Assembly (NCBI RefSeq): GCF_009914755.1
Contig: NC_060935.1
Strand: one strand, 5' to 3'
Length of the DNA: 64,000 bases
DNA from: the human T2T-CHM13v2.0 reference genome, Homo sapiens
Shown here: positions 41,111 through 54,680 of the stretch, piece after piece
How positions within the stretch are numbered: the first letter of the stretch is position 1
Layout of the letters: every line of letters begins with the position of its first letter
Notes under the pieces: generated by a model
Database searches by the model: none
What the model saw: only the letters and a program-made list of their open reading frames with translations
What the model was told of the DNA's origin: nothing
Position numbers and translations under genes: made by a program

Positions 41111-42744
41111 CAGCCTGATAAAGGAAAAACAAATAGGAGCTTCTGCTCTGTTTACTGTTATTTATCTCTCTGAAGTTTTATCTAAGAAAAGGGTATAATA
41201 AGCTAAAGGACTATTGGGAAGTTAAAATGAGATAGTAAATAAGATAATAAATAAGAAAAAAATGCTTGTAAAGAGTAAAACGGTAATTCCAGAAGCTTGT
41301 TTATTTGGGCTGTGATTAACAATTTGTAATCGCACGTAACTAGAGAAGTTGAAATGAATTCCCCACCTTTGGCAAGGACGTCTTTAAGTGTCATTTGTTA
41401 TTAGTAGTGCCTCAGTTTGCCCTGCTAACAGGTGATCTTATCAGTTATCTTGAAAATGCTAGAATCAAGCTTTCAACATGGCAAACTATCCATGGAACAC
41501 CTGCTGTCTCACTCCTCCATGTGTCAAGGTACCTCAGGGAGATAGCTGAATTCCCAATCACCCAATTTTGAGCATATGCCATTTCAGAATAATATTAGAC
41601 AATGACAGAGTCTGTTGTCCTATAAATTAATTTAACACTTTTCCTCTGGAGAGCAGATGACTGCATTCTAAAAACAATATTTTCTCTCGAGTTATGATGG
41701 CTTGTAAAAACACACAGTGAATGGAGTTGACAGGAAGGTGTTGGGAAGCATATGATATCCCAGGGGGCTGAACAGATCTAAATTTAGGTGGGTTGTCTCT
41801 ACTAGGCAGTTGGTGTCAGATACCATTGCCTCTTAAAAGGATGACTTCAGTGAAGAGCAGTTAACAGATTGTGCAGAAACATAAGCCTCTGTGGTCCATT
41901 AAGTGGGGAATCATTTAATGAGACCCAGAGTTGCACTGAGGGAACCATGGCACTTAAGCATTAAAAGACAGAAAAGGAAGGGGTGAAAATTTTATGAAGC
42001 AATTTATTACTGCTGTAAACCATGTATTTTAAAAAATGCATTCCAGGTATAATAAGAACTTGTGAATGAAGATCATGAAGAGAATAATGTACTTAATTCA
42101 CTATGGATTCTGTCATGATATTTGTTTCTTCTCTTTTTGCTTCCCTTTTCCCCATTTCTTCTTCTTCTGTTTCTCTCTTGATTCTCAATACAATCTCCCA
42201 CTTTCTTATGCAATTCCTGTTATAGCTTCAATTTTTGACCCACGTCTATCTTTCTCTCAAAGAAATTCTCTAAGCAAAAATTGGTCTGAATTATCATTCA
42301 CACAGATTTTTTTCAGACTCCTCTTTCTAAATAAGGGCATAAACCATTTTACCTTTCTCTTTCTCCTATCTTTTCCTAAATAAGCAATGCAGATATAATT
42401 TATAAAGGTAGTGTTGCTTGGAATGGGGCATTAGTAAGTATTAGTTTTGTTCATCCAGTCGTTTAACATGCATTTATTCATTTAATATTCATCTAATAAA
42501 CATTGTGTGCCCGGCACTGTGCTAGGCACCCAGGGTATGAAATTTAGCAAGGAATAACCTTGCCTGCCACTCAACAAATATTTGTTGAATGATCAAAGGA
42601 AGGGATTCACTTTAATTCACCTAGTGAATGGGGAACAATTCTCTGCATGTATAAAGGCAGGAAACTTTCTTGGGATTTTAAGGAGTTCACAATATCTATG
42701 GAGTGAGTAATTTGTTGAGTGGGCCTGGGCTCAGAAGGTAGGAC

Positions 42745-42806
42745 TACATGCAGTATAGTACAGTTGTGCAGTGCACATCCTGAACAGTCATACATGATAA
42801 CTCTGG
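42745..42806. mobile_element. MER91-like fragment within L2 remnants
   Basis: cagttgtgcagtgcacatcctgaacagtcatacatgataactctg. Confidence 0.55.
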
Positions 42807-44845
42807 CATAGTAAGAAAGAATGTGGGAAAAGAAAATAGTAGCTGGGCTATAAAGTGCTTTGCGAGCCAGGTTACTTGTTCTTATGGAGGGATGAGGGTA
42901 GAAGTAAAAGAGAAGGTATCAGAATTGCTGTCAAATTTTCCACATTATGTATGCTTCTGACCACGATGGGGATGCTGATGTCCTCCCCTTACCCCTACTA
43001 CTTTCCCAGGATCTTCGCCACATTGCCAATTTACTGTAAGTCATATTTCTCAGGTGAGCTGTAGCTAAGAATGTCTGAGAAACACTAGACAATGGAGAGC
43101 CCTCACAGGTTTTTAAGAAGGCGGTAGCATGTTCAGATTTTCCTTTGAGGAAGATTACTGTGGCTCTGGAGTAGACAGTGGACTAGTGAAGAGTGAGAGA
43201 TGAGGAGACATCCTGCTGAAAAGCGTTCATGTCCTCAAGGTCTAATGACATCTGTGTTCAGAGCACTTGACAGATACTCCTGCTGCCCTCAGTTTTCAGG
43301 GCCACCAGCACAATATTAGAGACAGAATGAAATAGATTTGTCACTGTCATCCTGAGAGGGCGATGACACCTGACACATTTCATACGAATTATGATTTCAA
43401 ACAGACAGGGACATTCAAGCAGATCTATGCTGGGGAATTAAATAAAGCTATAAAATATAAACATGAACTTTTAATTTAAAATTCTCATTGAAAAGACATT
43501 TCCTGTTGGGTAGTTTTTATTTTTGTTAGTGGTTTTGCTTGTTTGTTGTTTATGTAATATAGCTAGGATATATACAGCTTGGTTATCTTAAAAAACAAGT
43601 ACATTACCAATAAATGCATATTTTTTCTGGCTCTCCTATGTGGCCATTACTTTTTCATTTAGTAAAACATATGATTTTCTGTGATCTACATGAATGTAGG
43701 CTTTACCTTTTCAATGAAAAGCGAGTTGATATATTTGTTTCTAAACACAAATGTTCCCAAGAAAAAGGAAAAGACATTCTTCTTTTTTTATTGCTTTAAG
43801 TTCTTACCTCCATATAATGTGATTCCAGCCTGTCTTGCTAAACTACATAACTAAGAGACAGGGGAAAAAAAACTCCTTTCTGAAATCCTGTTATCACATA
43901 TCATAGAAGCCAGAGCACTAGACCCCTTGATACTGCAGTGACCTCCCCAAGACCCACAGGAAGCTGCTGACTGATCATTTCTACAACTTATGAAATTTTC
44001 ATTATGTTCTAAGTTAACATGGGAAAGTTAACTTATTTCATTTCAACTTATTTTTCCCCTTTGGATTAAGTATCTGGATGAGCTAAGAAACTTGATTGGG
44101 GTGGGGGCATGGGATAGTTTTTTTTTTTATTATTTAATGTTAGGAAAATAAAATTAAAAGGTCTCAAAAATGTGTATTCAATTCAGTAAAACATAGATAG
44201 TGACTTACGTGACATGATGTAATAAATCACTGCTGTATCAATATATTAAATGATACACGGACCATTAAATATTGCATTCATTATTAGGAAAATAATTTTT
44301 GAAATAACACAGCTCCTTAATTCTAAGGTCATATGCTAGATGGGGAATAAAGATGTGGTTTCTAGCCTGGCTCTGGTGAACCACCTATGTGACCTCTCAG
44401 ACTGTGCATCTGTGCAACATTGCCAGTGACCTCGATGTTTCTTTTTAATCCTCTCAATTTCAACAGGGCATATTCGTAGATTACTTGGCACATAGTAAGC
44501 ACTCTACTATTGTATGACTCTATGTCATTCAAGGAAACACTTTCCCTCTTACTGTCACATATGAAGAGGTTTTCTAATTAAAACACATAATTAAGCATCA
44601 CAGTAAGACAAAGTCATGAAACAAAATGCTCTTGATTAAGAATGGGAGTGTTTCTTCTCATTACTGAGAGAAAATATAAAAAAAAAAGCAAAAAGACAAC
44701 TTTGAGACATATTGATTCTTTCCTCTTGACAAGGAATGTGTATCATTAATAGAAACAAAGAAATGATTTACAGTGTTTGCAACAGCCTGAGTATGCTTAT
44801 AGAGCTTCATTAGGGACACTGGGATAAAAGCTGAGATAATTTCCA

Positions 44846-45136
44846 ACCATCATTCTGAGCAAACTATCACAAGGACAGAAAACCAAACACTGCATGTTCT
44901 CACTCACAGGTGGGAATTGAACAATGAGAACGCTTGGACACAGGGTGGGGAACATCACACATGGGGGCCTGTTGTGGGGTGGAGGGAGGAGGGAGGGATA
45001 GCATTAGGAGATATACCTAATGTAAATGGGGAGTTAATGGGTGCAGCACACCAACATGGCACATGTATACATATGTAACAACCCTGCAGGTTGTGCACAT
45101 GTACCCTAGAACTTAAAGTATTAAAAAAAAAAAAAA
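44846..45136 (+). mobile_element. 5'-truncated L1PA (about PA4-6) 3' end
   Basis: accatcattctgagcaaactatcacaaggacag...gtaccctagaacttaaagta+(A)n; TSD aagctgag(a/c)taa at 44828-44839 and 45140-45151. Confidence 0.95.
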
Positions 45137-45430
45137 CCCAAGCTGAGCTAAGATTTTGGTCACGGTCTTTTTTTTCCCCCTTCAGAATTGAGAAATGTTG
45201 CTTAAGTCAGTAATGGATCGCCTTGACTTTGCTATGATCAGAGGCACAGTAAGGAATGAAGCCAATTGTTAAAAATGATGACAGCCATAATAAAACCTAA
45301 CATGCAAAAACTACTGCTTTGCAACTTATAGTGTTGGAGGCTATTTGTAGCAACTCTTTTATTTCTTATCAACAACAAAAATAAAGAAAAATAACAAACA
45401 CCAACATAGGACTAAATACTCGATATTCAA

Positions 45431-45760
45431 TATAGTCATGTACTCTATAACAATGTTTCAGTCAATAAGAATGGTTCTGTAAGATTTTAATACAGATTTT
45501 TACTGTACTTTTTCTATGTTTGGATATCTTCAGATACACAAATACTTACCATGTGTTATAATTGCCTATGTATTCAGTACAGTAATTTGCTGTACGGGTT
45601 TGTAGCCTGGAAGCAACAGGCTATCTTATGTAGCTTAGGTGTGTAGAAGGCTGTGCCATCTCGTTTTGTGTAAGTACACTCTATGATGTTCACACAGTGG
45701 TGAAATTGCCTAACACACATTCTCAGAATGTGTTCTCATTGTTACGTGTTGCACAACCAT
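45431..45760. mobile_element. Tigger3/MER7-type TcMar-Tigger fossil
   Basis: tagtcatg...tcagtacagtaatttgctgtacgggtttgtagcct...gtaagtacactctatgatgttcacaca. Confidence 0.85.
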
Positions 45761-46379
45761 TCCTCAATTGACATATGCATTGATGCTACTGGTCAAGAGC
45801 CGCTACCTTTTAGAATGAAGAACACAAAGTTCAACTCTGTGAAGCATTAAAATAAAAAACCAGTGAGATATACACTGGACAGAAATCAAAGCCCCTTCTT
45901 ACTTATGCCAACAGATAACTAGTGTATTCCGTCGTGTTACCTCACTAGACACGTTTTCTTCTGAAATAATTAGGGCTACTTGAGGATAATCTTCTGAAAT
46001 TAAATTTAATGTTTATTTAAGATTTGTTAGGACATAAGCCTATGAATCATTTTAAATGAGCACAGTTAATCTGCTTACACTACTTACTACTTCTGATATT
46101 AGTGATATCTTGCCTGTGCTGAATTATCACAGATAAGTAACCAAGCATGGGTGAAAACCAAAATCTAGCACTTTGCAGAATATGTGGGTATGTTTTAATG
46201 GAATAAAGGATTCTTGTCCCAGTTCTGCTACTGATTTGTTGTGTGATCCTGCCTAAGTTGCTTAACTTCTCAGAGCATCAGTATTCCTATCTATAAAAGG
46301 AGTAATACTGATAATGACATTATAGATTAGATAAAGTAGGTACAACCTGTGGAAGTATCAAATGAAAAGAAGTATTATA

Positions 46380-47480
46380 TGATAACAGTATTGACCCTGT
46401 TCTGAGTTTGCATATATGAGATTCCAAAAATGAAGACTACATCATCCCTCTCTTCAGAGAGCTCACATATTCTGAAAAGGGACATACAGGTAAATCAGCA
46501 ATTGCAATATTGTGGGATTCATGTAACTGTGAAATCATGTATAAACTAAACAGTACACAGCAAGGAAGGGTTCACTTATCTGGGGAAGGAGATGAACATG
46601 GAAGATTTTCCATATTCTGAAAAGGGACATACAGGTAAATCAGCAATTGCAATATTGTGAGATGCATGTAACAGTGAAATCACCTGGAAACTAAACAGTA
46701 CACAGAAAGGAAGGATTCACTTATCTGGGGAAGGAGATGACCATGGAAGATTTTCCAGTTGGGGGTGATGTTTTGAACATCAGGGAAGAAGCAAGGGCTA
46801 GAGTTATAATTTGGGAAACAAAAGTAGGTGGTAGTGAAAACCATGAGGTTACAAACAGAGAATGGTTAGAGTCAGAAAAGCAGTAGACAAAGGACAGAAT
46901 ATGTTAGAATGGCAAAACTTAACAATGTAGAAGAAATGTAACCTATCAAGGAGGCAGAGAAAGAACAATGAGATAGGTAGCAGGCAATTCAGGAGACAGA
47001 CTTGTCACAGGTAGTCAAGAAGTGGGGAGTTTCAAGGAAGGAGTGGGCAATATCATTAGATACCTTGCTTGACAAAGTTATCATGAAAAATAAAGTTTAA
47101 GGACCATATATTGTATTTGATACATTAGAAGCCGTCTGGCTTCCTTTCTCTGTGCAGTCAGTTAAGAGGTAGAGGGCAGAAGCAAAGTGTACTGTAGGTT
47201 GTACCGTGATGAGCAAGTGAAGACACCAAGTGTGAATGTAACTATCAAGAAGGTCAGATGTAAGGAGAAAGTATGAAAGTAAGAGTGGAAATTAATGAGA
47301 GTTAGAACATAGTGGGAGGAATTGAACTTGGACAGGAGAACTTCTGAGATAAGAAAGGTGGAGTAAATGATAAGTGTAGATTCAGGTATATTGGCCAGTA
47401 GAGGTGTCAAGAGAGGATGCATGCTTGATAAAGGTGAAGTCATTGGTAGGCTGATGGAGGGTGGGGACAAGTAGTGTGTT
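46380..47480 (-). mobile_element. L2 fragment containing a 145-bp tandem duplication
   Basis: catccctctcttcagagagctcaca; aggaggcagagaaagaaca; gtttcaaggaaggagtgggcaa. Confidence 0.65.
46466..46755. repeat. 145-bp tandem duplication (2 copies)
   Basis: Copies at 46466-46610 and 46611-46755; about 10 mismatches by eye, no indels. Confidence 0.95.
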
Positions 47481-47894
47481 TGAGAATAATAGATAAAAAT
47501 GGGAAATGGAGCTGACCAAAACTAAAAGGATCACTTAATTGCAATTGGCCTGATGTCACTAATCTGTGAGATGGAAGAGTTCTTGGATGAAGTATATAAT
47601 CTTCCTTCTAAACCAGCTCAGCATCTGTGCTGGAAAAGCTCATTGTAGTGCAAGCATTCTAGGGAAAGGGAGGGAAGAGTTTAAATAATAATAGCAGGCT
47701 GATTTGCTTTTAGGTTAAACAGTGGGAGTTTGGTTTATGGAGATGGAGGTGAGTGTTCAATTTTTTTTTTTTAGATCGGTCACATACCAGAAAAGCATGG
47801 AATTTTAATCTCTATAATCAGAGCTATAAATCTCTATGACAGTAATATCTTTTTTAAAAAAGAATTTATATATGGGTCCTCTTCTATTTACATA

Positions 47895-49290
47895 TGTATT
47901 TGTTTAAATTGACAGATAAAATTATATGTATTCATCATGTATAACGTAAAGTTTTAAAGTACATATGCATTGTGGAATCACTAAATAGAGCTGATTAACA
48001 AATGTATTACCTACATAGTTATCATTTTTGTGGCAAGAACTCTTAACATCCACTCTTTTTGCATTTTTTTAATTAAGGAAGAATACAATATATCATTCTT
48101 AACTATAGTCACCATGCAGTACAACAAATCTTTTGAACTTATTCCTCCTATCTTTCTGTAATTATATATCCTTTGACTAACACCTTCCTATCACCCTCAC
48201 CCACCAACCACTTCTGCTTCTAGTAACCACCATTCTTTTCTCTACTTCTATGAGATCAACATCTTTAGATTCCACATATGAGTGAAATTGTTGCAGAAAA
48301 GGGGTCTGGATCCAGACACCAAGAGTGGATTCTTGGATAAGTCCACAGAGTAAAGTGAAAGCAAGTATGTTAAGAAAGTAAAGAAATAAAAGAATGGCTA
48401 CTCCATAAACAAAACATCCCTGAGTGCTGTTGGTTGCCCATATTCTGATTATTTCTTGATGAAATGCTAAACAAGGGGTAGACTATTCATGCCTCCCCCT
48501 TTTGGACCATATAGGGTAACTTCCTGATGTTGCCATGGCATCTGTAAAATGTCATGGCACTGGTGGGAGTGTCCAGTGAGGATGATCAGAGGTCACTCTC
48601 ATCGCCAGCTTGGTTTTGATGGGTTTTGGCTGGCTTCTTTACTGCAACCTGTTGTATCAGCAAGGTTTTTATGAGCTGTGTCTTGTGCTGACCTTATCCT
48701 ATATCTGATCCTATGACTTATCCTGTGAAATATCTCATTCTATGACTTAGAATGCCTTAACCATCTGGGAATGCAGCCCAGTAGGTCTCAGCCTCATTTT
48801 ACCAAGCCCCTATTCAAGATGGAGTTGCTCTCATTCACATGCCTCCGACAAAATCATATGGTATTTTTATCTTTCTGTGCCTGGCTTCTTTCATGTACCA
48901 CAATGTCCTCTGGGTTCATTCTCGTTGTTGCAAACAACAGGATTTTCTTCTGTATTATGGCTGAGTAGTATTCCATTATGTATATAAACCACATTTTCTC
49001 TGCCCATTCATCCATTAACGGACATGTAGGTTGACGCCATATCTTGGCTATTGTGAATAGTGCTGCAGTAAACCTGGGAGTGCAGATATCTGCACTTTGA
49101 TATACTGATTTCATTTCGCTTGTATATATACCTAGTGGTGGAATTGCTGGATCACATGGTACCTTTATTTTTAATATTTTGAGGAATCTTTATGCTGTTT
49201 TCCATAATGGCTATACTAACTTGCATTTCCACCAATAATGTGTAAAGGTTCCCTTTTCTCCACATTCTTGCCAACACTTGTTATCTTTTG
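47895..49290 (-). mobile_element. L1MA-type 3' fragment, split by MER41
   Basis: aattgacagataaaattatatgtatt...; minus-strand ORF 48854-49114 (FTAALFTIAKIWRQPTCP) is the L1 ORF2 C-terminus. Confidence 0.88.
48289..48850 (-). mobile_element. MER41 (A-like) ERV1 solo LTR
   Basis: tgttgcagaaaaggggtctggatccagac...caagatggagttgctct...gcctccgaca; 4-bp TSD AAAT at 48285-48288 and 48851-48854. Confidence 0.9.
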
Positions 49291-50254
49291 TATGACCCTA
49301 ATATCTTAATCCCAAGCTTGAAACCTTCAAACAGCTTAGCCACTGGCTTTCTTAGCAAATTATAGGTTACTAATTAGCAAGGTCTAACTGAGACGTCAGC
49401 AAGAATAACTCAGAATTGAAAATCTGTTTACTAGAGTATATCCCCAGACAGGGCCACCTATTTCATGGAGAGAGGTTGTAAGGTTTGCTGTGGAAACCTC
49501 ATAATATTGACCTAAAACCCTTCCATCTCCCAAGAGTAGCCAAAATGAGGCATGAGGAAAGGTAATGGATTCCACAATTACTCCTCATCAATATGAAATC
49601 AATATTCTTCTTTGAAGATGTAGAAAGTCCTTTCTGTTTTAAGTATTATGGGTAAGTACATGAATCATGGATGCTTACACCCTTGTCAAATACAGCATCA
49701 AGGAAGCATTCAGTGAAAGGCAATAGGGTATTTATGTATGTTTTCATTTTTTTCAGTGTAGCTTAGAAACAGAAAAGCAAAGAAAAAAGAAAAAACGACT
49801 CCTTCAAAGCAAGAGAGAAGCATTTTACAGTTCTGATAAATTTATAAGGACCCAAGCTGCAGAGCACTGACTAGGTCCATAGAGAAGATCAGGAAAAATA
49901 TAAAACTGTCTTTGCAATAATTGGAAAATCCAAACAAACTACTAAGGCTGATACCTAGGAGAAATCTTCCAAGAGAAAGAAACCTCTGATATCTGATTTT
50001 ACTATTAGTAATGTCCCATTCTTAAGGTGTCCATATAAGGCAGTGTCTCACGTAAGATGTTTTAAAGGAAGTTGCATCTGTTTCTAAAAGGAAAACAATT
50101 CTCTAATTTTGTGGAACATGTTTTTAAAATGTAGCTATAAATTGTCTGTTCATTATTTCCTTTAAAAGCCTGGGAGTGGAAGGAGGTCAGCTCACGCCTT
50201 TGGAGAAAAACACCTCTCCAGTTACTGCCTACAGAACAACAGTCAAAGGGAAAT

Positions 50255-50743
50255 TGTTACCAATACACCAGCAGTTTGGTCTTTGTCCTATTGCTCTCTG
50301 CGTGGAAAGTCAATCACTAGGCAATGAGTGTTGCCAGGAAAGAAGGCTTTTTCAGGTGCTGCAGCCTGTAATAGGAGATCAGTCCCAAATCCATCTCAAC
50401 TGACTAAAATTAGGGGTTTATATAGCAGAGAAGAAATATAACTATGTGTAGGAAAACAGGAATTAGGGATGGGCAAGGAGGAGAAGTTGGTTACAAGAAG
50501 CAGGTGGTCCCTTAGGCAATCATGATGGGTGAGGGGTCTGGCTCCCATGGTGCAGACGTGATGATCTGGTAAGTTTCAGTTGCTTGACACTGTCTGGGAG
50601 TCCTGATGATTGATTTTCTGAGAAAAGAACTCAGATAAGACAGTTTTAACTTTCTCAAATTTTAAGACTGGGAGGGTCAATGTCTATGTTTATTCAAAAG
50701 AAATCATAAACATCAGTTCTATGGGACACTTGGGCAAGTTTCA
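50255..50743 (-). mobile_element. ERV1 solo LTR, MER31-like, copy 1
   Basis: TG...CA; flanks AAAT/AAAG (3 of 4 match); homologous end to end with copies 2 and 3. Confidence 0.85.
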
Positions 50744-51792
50744 AAAGGATGAGATAATCTCATGAAAAACCTAGATTCGGGTTTCAAAATGAGAAAACAG
50801 CAAATATATCCCTCCGCCTCACAATCACACAAAATCAATCAACAAAGATGTATGCCTCCTCCAACTATAGCTCTTATTAAAGGAACCTTCACATGATAAA
50901 GCTAGACTTTGGAGATAGATGTTATTCACAAAAATACAATTATGTCCATTAGACTCCTCTTACAAAGGCAGGAAAGTAAACCTAGATACATTGTAAAAGT
51001 ATTTCCTGCTAATCCTCCCCTATTGACTGTGGTAAGAATATTGGACTGAAACCAACATCTGCAGTAGAAAGGATGTGGAAGAGGAAGTGAGCAGAAATTT
51101 AATTCCTGTATTATTCATATTCAGTATGGGACTCTGTTTCATGCTGTATCCACTTTGCAAAGTACTATGGATTCATTAAGAAATTAGCAAACTGAATATG
51201 TGCCTAAATGGCCAGCATACTCCAGGCTGAAAAGTGTTTCTGTCACTGCTTCCTAGAATTGTTTAAAAACTGTTGTGACTGGTGGTTCTTTCTGGTTGAA
51301 ATGGCCTGCTCACAAACACTGAATTAGACTTGGGCATTTTGCCAGGGGCATTGATACCAAGAATGTTTGGAGGCAAGTCTTAAATGTAATTTGCAGAGCT
51401 AGGAGGTGCCAGAACTTCAAAATAGGCAAAGTTGCTCTCTCGAACAGTGGTAGAAAGAATCAAAGTGTTATTCTGACACTGGCCTTGGCAGTTTTTGTCC
51501 CAGTGACTTCAAATTTTGGAAGCTGGCAGTAAGACACATGCAGAAACTTGTGGGAATATGAATATGTGGATGAAATTATAAAAGCCCTAGTGATTTTATT
51601 TCTTTAGTGAAAGCTGTCATGAGTAAAGGACTAGACTGGAGTCAGGTGCTAAGAATCTGGCTCCAGTCCAACCTGACTCCAGTCAGGTTCTTGTTTTACA
51701 GAGGCGTACACTGAGAACCAGATCTTTGATTTGATTTGCTTGGGTCCTAAAATCTGGTTCTCAGTGTCTACATATGTAAAACAACATGGTAC

Positions 51793-52622
<830 letters not shown>

Positions 52623-52678
52623 TGATGCTAAAATAAGTTTGAAGACTTCCAGCTGGAAGATGTGTTCTAAGGTCCTTT

Positions 52679-53170
52679 TGTTACTGAAATGTCAGAGGTT
52701 CTGTCTAGGTCCTGCTGCTCACTGCATAGAACGCCAGTCACTGAAACATTGAGTATTTCCAGGGGAAAAAGCTTTATTCGGGTGCTGCAGCCAAGGAGCT
52801 AGGTGATCAGTCTCAAATCCATCTACCTAATAGACTAAAATTAAGGGTTTATATAGCAGGGAAGAAATGTAGCCATGAAAACAGGAATTAGGGAAGGGTA
52901 AGGAAGAGGAATTGGTCAACAGGAAGCACATGGTCTATTAGGCGATCACAACAGATGAGGGGTCTCATGTCTCATTGTCCAGATGCGGTGTTCTGGTAAG
53001 TTTCAGCTCCTTGATACTATCTGGGAGGCCTGATGGTTGGTTTCCTGAGAAGGGAACTCAAATAAGACAACTGTAATTTTCCCAAATTTTAAGACTGGGA
53101 GGGTCAATTTCTATATTTATTCAAAAGAAACCACAAACATCATTTCTATGGGACAGTAGTGCTGGTTTCA
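52679..53170 (-). mobile_element. ERV1 solo LTR, MER31-like, copy 3
   Basis: TG...CA; TSD CTTT at 52675-52678 and 53171-53174. Confidence 0.85.
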
Positions 53171-54431
53171 CTTTCTGTTCTAAATTTCTCATACTCTAAA
53201 TGAGAATAACCAGTAGAAATACATTTAATTCTTATAAATCAAATAGCTTTAATTACTATTTTTCATTAAATTTTTATTAGTTGGTACAATATTTGATTTT
53301 GAAAACTGCTTCATGTCAACCACATAAATGAAGTTCTGTGAAACCCCCAAATACACATGGAGAAATTTTAGATACAGGCATATAGAAAGCAGGTCCAAAA
53401 CCTTTATCAAAACCTACATGAAAGTGGTAAGAACAAGTGGTAAGAATACAAGTCATCTCCCACTGGCTGGGAGTCAAAAAAAAAGTCTAGATCTCAAGCT
53501 GACGCCAAGTAAGAAGAATTGAAACAGATTTTATAGGCTCTATGATGTGACTTCCCAGACTTTCTCTCACAATCACATCCTCTTCCCAACATTACAGTGC
53601 CCGTATGTATCCATAACATTTTGGGCAGGAGAGGGAGTCAGCAGGGTCTTTGATGATCATGCAACATTACCTCTTAATATTAAATTTTCTGATATTTGCA
53701 AGAAGCCGATGACAAATTATTTGGTTTTCCATGTCAAACCTCCATGATATATTTTACTAGATACAAAGAATCATGCATTCTTCACATTTAAATCAATAAC
53801 CTTGTTAAGTTGGAGCTCTAGATGGCTCCTGGGCCTAGGGGTAAGTTGTTTGTTTTAAAAGACATATTCTACGATAATTAGGAAGAAAAAGAATAAAGAA
53901 AAACATAAATGTTTGCCTATTCAAAAACACCTTGCCTTCAAGGGCTCAGACAATGACTGGGGAAAACTCCAATAATTTTTTTAGTGCACTTTCAATGTTA
54001 TTTTGTATTGAGTATTTGTCTGACTCTTAGCATTGTAATTCAGTAGCAGACATTTCCATGGTCCTTAAAATCCTGATTCAGAGGGGAATAACCCACTGGG
54101 AAAAATGGAGCACTAAGCTGAGTCAGTAGGCAGGAACCAGAGGCAGTAATAAGAACTGTAATAGAAGATCAGATGTCAGAGAGAAGCCTCCAGACACATT
54201 AAACCAAAGAATTATACGTAGGTGCTGGTTCCCATAGCACAGCAAAGCTGGGTTCTGGAGATGTTTATTCTTATCACTTCCACAGAAAAAAACAGGACTT
54301 CTTTCATAGACTATATGCTAACTCAGACATTTTGCACCAAGTAGAAAAACAATGGGTCATGAAATACAAACCAAAACACTAATTTCACTAGAACCAGGGG
54401 TTGATTCAAGGTACTGTAAGAATTCTCGGAA

Positions 54432-54461
54432 TTTAACACTTTTGATATTTTTTCATTTCAG
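54432..54461 (+). promoter_or_regulatory. GAS2: Branch point, pyrimidine tract and 3' splice site of the GAS2 last exon
   Basis: tttaac (candidate branch A 54436) + cttttgatattttttcatttcAG; no other AG in 54421-54459. Confidence 0.85.
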
Positions 54462-54680
54462 ATGCTGCACAACAAACATGTCATGGTCCGTGTGGGAGGA
54501 GGCTGGGAAACTTTTGCAGGGTATTTGTTGAAACACGACCCCTGCCGAATGCTGCAGATCTCCCGTGTGGATGGCAAAACATCCCCTATCCAAAGCAAAT
54601 CTCCAACTCTAAAGGACATGAATCCAGATAACTACTTGGTGGTCTCTGCCAGTTATAAGGCTAAGAAGGAAATTAAGTGA
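54462..54680 (+). CDS. GAS2: Growth arrest-specific protein 2, terminal coding exon (72 aa; phase 0; stop TGA 54678-54680)
   Basis: GAR-domain signature [25 protein letters not shown] caspase site and C-terminus YKAKKEIK match GAS2; preceded by a canonical acceptor. Confidence 0.97.
   Translation: MLHNKHVMVRVGGGWETFAGYLLKHDPCRMLQISRVDGKTSPIQSKSPTLKDMNPDNYLVVSASYKAKKEIK

Noticed and set aside
54462-54464. ATG as the start of a standalone 72-aa protein
   Set aside because: It directly follows a canonical splice acceptor and is an internal Met of GAS2; no promoter or CpG island upstream
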